This document shows, one piece after another, positions 33,567 through 36,332 of a stretch of 36,332 nucleotides of DNA. Both the position numbers and the translations under genes were made by a program. Source of the DNA: Octopus bimaculoides (Eukaryota). The stretch is taken from contig NC_068986.1 in the NCBI RefSeq assembly GCF_001194135.2, forward strand, positions 76,494,345 through 76,530,676. Reading direction: 5' to 3'. Numbering within the stretch: the stretch's first letter is position 1; the number at the start of each line of letters is the position of its first letter. Under the pieces are notes generated by a model. That model saw only the letters and a list, made by a program, of their open reading frames with translations. It was not told where the DNA came from and did not search any database.

Positions 33567-34514
33567 TATTTAACATCTGTTTTCCATGTTGGCATGGGTT
33601 AGATGGTTTGACAGTTGGCCAATCAAAGAGCTGCCCAGGCTCCATGTGTTTTGGCATGGTTTCTACAGCTGGATGGCTTTCCTAATGCCAACCACTTTAA
33701 AAAGTGTACTGGGTGCTTTTATGCTGCACCAGGATGGGTGCTTTTTACATGACACGGGCACAGGTGCTTTTTACATGGTCCCAGTGCCCACGTGCCCACA
33801 AGATTAGGATTGCTCAGCTGAAGAGGGATTCAGGAGATATGCCTGAATGCAAGGACAACCATGATTTTACTTAGCTTGACATCTTCTCAAGCAGAGCAAC
33901 CTACCAGGAGTCTCAGTCCTTTGTCATCTCTTCCGTGAGGCCCAACATCTTTATCTGTAATTAGACTAATTGTATATTTCTCATGTTGACTAAAATTATG
34001 CAACATTCATGGGCAGTGTGAATCATCAGGCTACAGTTCAGTAATCTAACATGTAAAAGTTTAGGTTTAAGCATTATAATTCTGCAGTTGTAACTTTTTT
34101 TTAAATACTATTTATTAAAGAAGTTATAAACAATTATGCACATGAGAAACTTCTAAAATAACAGAAGAAACAAAGTGAAGTCGTGTAGATATTTCTGAAG
34201 GGATCTCCCAATGAAGGGTAAAAATTAAGACTGTACATCATGAAGACTGAGTGGTTAAGAAGCTTGTTTTGCAACCAAAGGGGTTTGGGGTTCAATCTCA
34301 CTGTATAGTATCTTGGGCAAGTGTCTTCTGACCTATAACTTGTGAGTGAATTTGACAGACGAAAACTGTGTGGAAGCCTGTCGTGTCTGTGTATGTGTGT
34401 CCTTGGTCTTTAATCCTCTTGGGACACCCAGGCTATTATAATAAAGAATGCTGAAATCTGTTTGAGATTTTTGATGAAAAAAAAATTTTTTATTGTAAAA
34501 AAAAAAAATATATA

Positions 34515-34863
34515 ACACATGAATGGTTCTTCCTAAATCTGGCTTGTTCTTTACACAACAATTTGTCAACTGCTGTCCTCATCCACTCCAAAAATATCCT
34601 GTTAAAAACTTTTCCGGGAGTCAATAATAACATAATCCTTCTATAATTTCCGCAAACGCTTAAATCACCTTTTTTTTGGCAATTTTATGATGAATCCCTC
34701 TTTCCAATCATTAGGCACATTTTCTTCCTGCCATATCTTAGAAAATAATGGATGAAACATTTCTACCGCTATTTCTATAGCTGATTTCATTGCTTCAGCT
34801 GGAATATTGTCTACACCTCCCGCTTTCCCATTTTTGAGGGATTGTATAGCCTTTCTTAGTTCA
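34515..34863 (-). pseudogene. RTE-clade LINE reverse transcriptase N-terminal fragment
   Basis: ELRKAIQ/LKNGKAGGVDNIPAEAMK..MFHPLFSKIWQEENVPNDWKEGFIIKLPKK/GDLSVCGNYRRIMLLLTPGKVFNRI..EQARFRK (RT domains 0-2). Confidence 0.88.
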
Positions 34864-35677
34864 AAAAAAAAAAAGTGTTGTCATTACTATGAATGAGAAA
34901 CACTGAGATAGTTAAAAGTTTATTGTTTTTGAACTAGGTATCATAGTAATCACTGTGAGTTTCTTGATGTTAGATCATCATTGTGTGTTGCTCTTACTGT
35001 CAGCCATTTTTTTGTTTCATTGCTGTCACAGTGCTCTGGTCTGCTGCTGATTTTTTTACTGTCTGCTGACTACTGTTTCTGTGTCTGGTCCGCTGTCTGA
35101 ATCTGCCATTTTGTTCTAGTAGCTAATATGTGCTAATGTATAGTGGTAGTCTTTGTCAGAAAATGGACACCAAAGATGAAATTGTTGTTAGATCCAAAGA
35201 TGAAATTGTTGCTGATCTGCTAAGTTACAGGGGTGTTAACAAACTGACACTGGTTGTCAAGTGGTTGTGGGAGACAGACACAAAGACACATCCATGTATA
35301 AATACATATGTAAGATTATGTGTGTGTTTATATATACACAAACTGAGATGATATTTTGCGGATCAGTTGTTATTTTAATTGATGCTAGATGGATCGAAAC
35401 AACTGTAGTGATTAATAAATATTCTCGTATCTTCCATCTCTCTCATTATTCAAATATACATATCTATATCTATCTCTCCCTGTCTCTCTCTCATATGTAT
35501 ATATATCATCATCATCGTCATCGTTTAACGTCCGCTTTCCATGCTAGCATGGGTTGGACGATTTGACTGAGGACTGGTGAACCAGATGGCTACACCAGGC
35601 TCCAATCTGATCTGGCAAAGTTTCTACAGCTGGATGCCCTTCCTAACACCAACCACTCCATGAGTGTAGTGGGTGCT

Positions 35678-35990
35678 GTGAGAGAGATAAAAGCAAAGAG
35701 GCAGGTTTGGAAGAATGAGGGTAGCAGAGAACTTTACCAGGTAGCTAAAAGAGAAATTAAGAGTCAAGTCCATTTAACAATGAGAGAAGCAGAAAAGAAG
35801 AGGTTTGCCAATGTTCTACAGTGTGAGGACCAATGGCATTAGGTGTTCCACATTGCAAAGGCAGTCTATTAGAGAAAATTGAGATGTTGGAGGAGAGAAG
35901 TGTGTATGTGTGGAAGGTAATGCCATGCTTGCACCTAGTGATTTTAAAAAGAAAGAGGTATGAGAGCGCTATTATGAAGGGCTAACAAAT
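35678..35990 (+). pseudogene. Decayed LINE ORF2 fragment (RTE-X-like EN-RT linker)
   Basis: REIKAKRQVWKNEGSRELYQVAKRE..KKRFANVLQCEDQ..VF.IAK..DV.GEKCV..HYE; clade is from motif recall. Confidence 0.6.
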
Positions 35991-36332
35991 CTCCTTAATC
36001 TCCCCTCTGCATCCAACTCATTCCCTATCTCTAATCGTCAGTCACACTTTTCTCTCTCAGTGTACTTCCCTACACATCCTTTACTGCTCCTCTATCCTAT
36101 TGTCTCATATTCACCTTGTTCCTTGACCTAACATCCCTTTCTTGAGATGGGTGAGCCATGTATTCACCTCTTCAGCAAAACTCCTGCTCCTGCCCCTCTA
36201 TCTTAGTTTCTTATCTTGCCATTCTATACCCTGCTCAGTTCAGGGGGTTTTGTATTGAGTACTTGGTGACCTCACCAGTGCTGGTATCACAAAAAGCACC
36301 CAGTACACTCTGTAAAGTGGTTGGCATTAGGA

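Overview
AT-rich eukaryotic genomic scaffold with six N-gaps. The SINE, MITE and microsatellite content looks like a coleoid cephalopod (Octopus-like); this is my recognition, not a database result. I found no intact host protein-coding gene, rRNA, tRNA gene or CRISPR array. Bases 1-5.5 kb are a nest of retroelement debris: a ~350-bp repeat carrying a hammerhead ribozyme, a Gypsy pol fragment, an R4-like RLE non-LTR fragment split by an LTR-like insert, an internally deleted RTE, and a solo LTR with a 4-bp TSD. About 7-9.5 kb is unique, CpG-retaining, promoter-like DNA with splice signals on both strands. From ~13 kb onward the DNA is visibly CpG-depleted (probably a methylated gene body/intron), full of tRNA-derived SINEs and MITEs, with a few weak small-exon candidates. 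The two most interesting signals are (i) Penelope/retrozyme-type minimal hammerhead motifs, one with a complete core at 273-324 (-), and (ii) a Helitron 3' fragment whose helicase frame is followed by four ~95-bp tandem repeats, each carrying a hairpin that closely matches the histone-mRNA 3' stem-loop.
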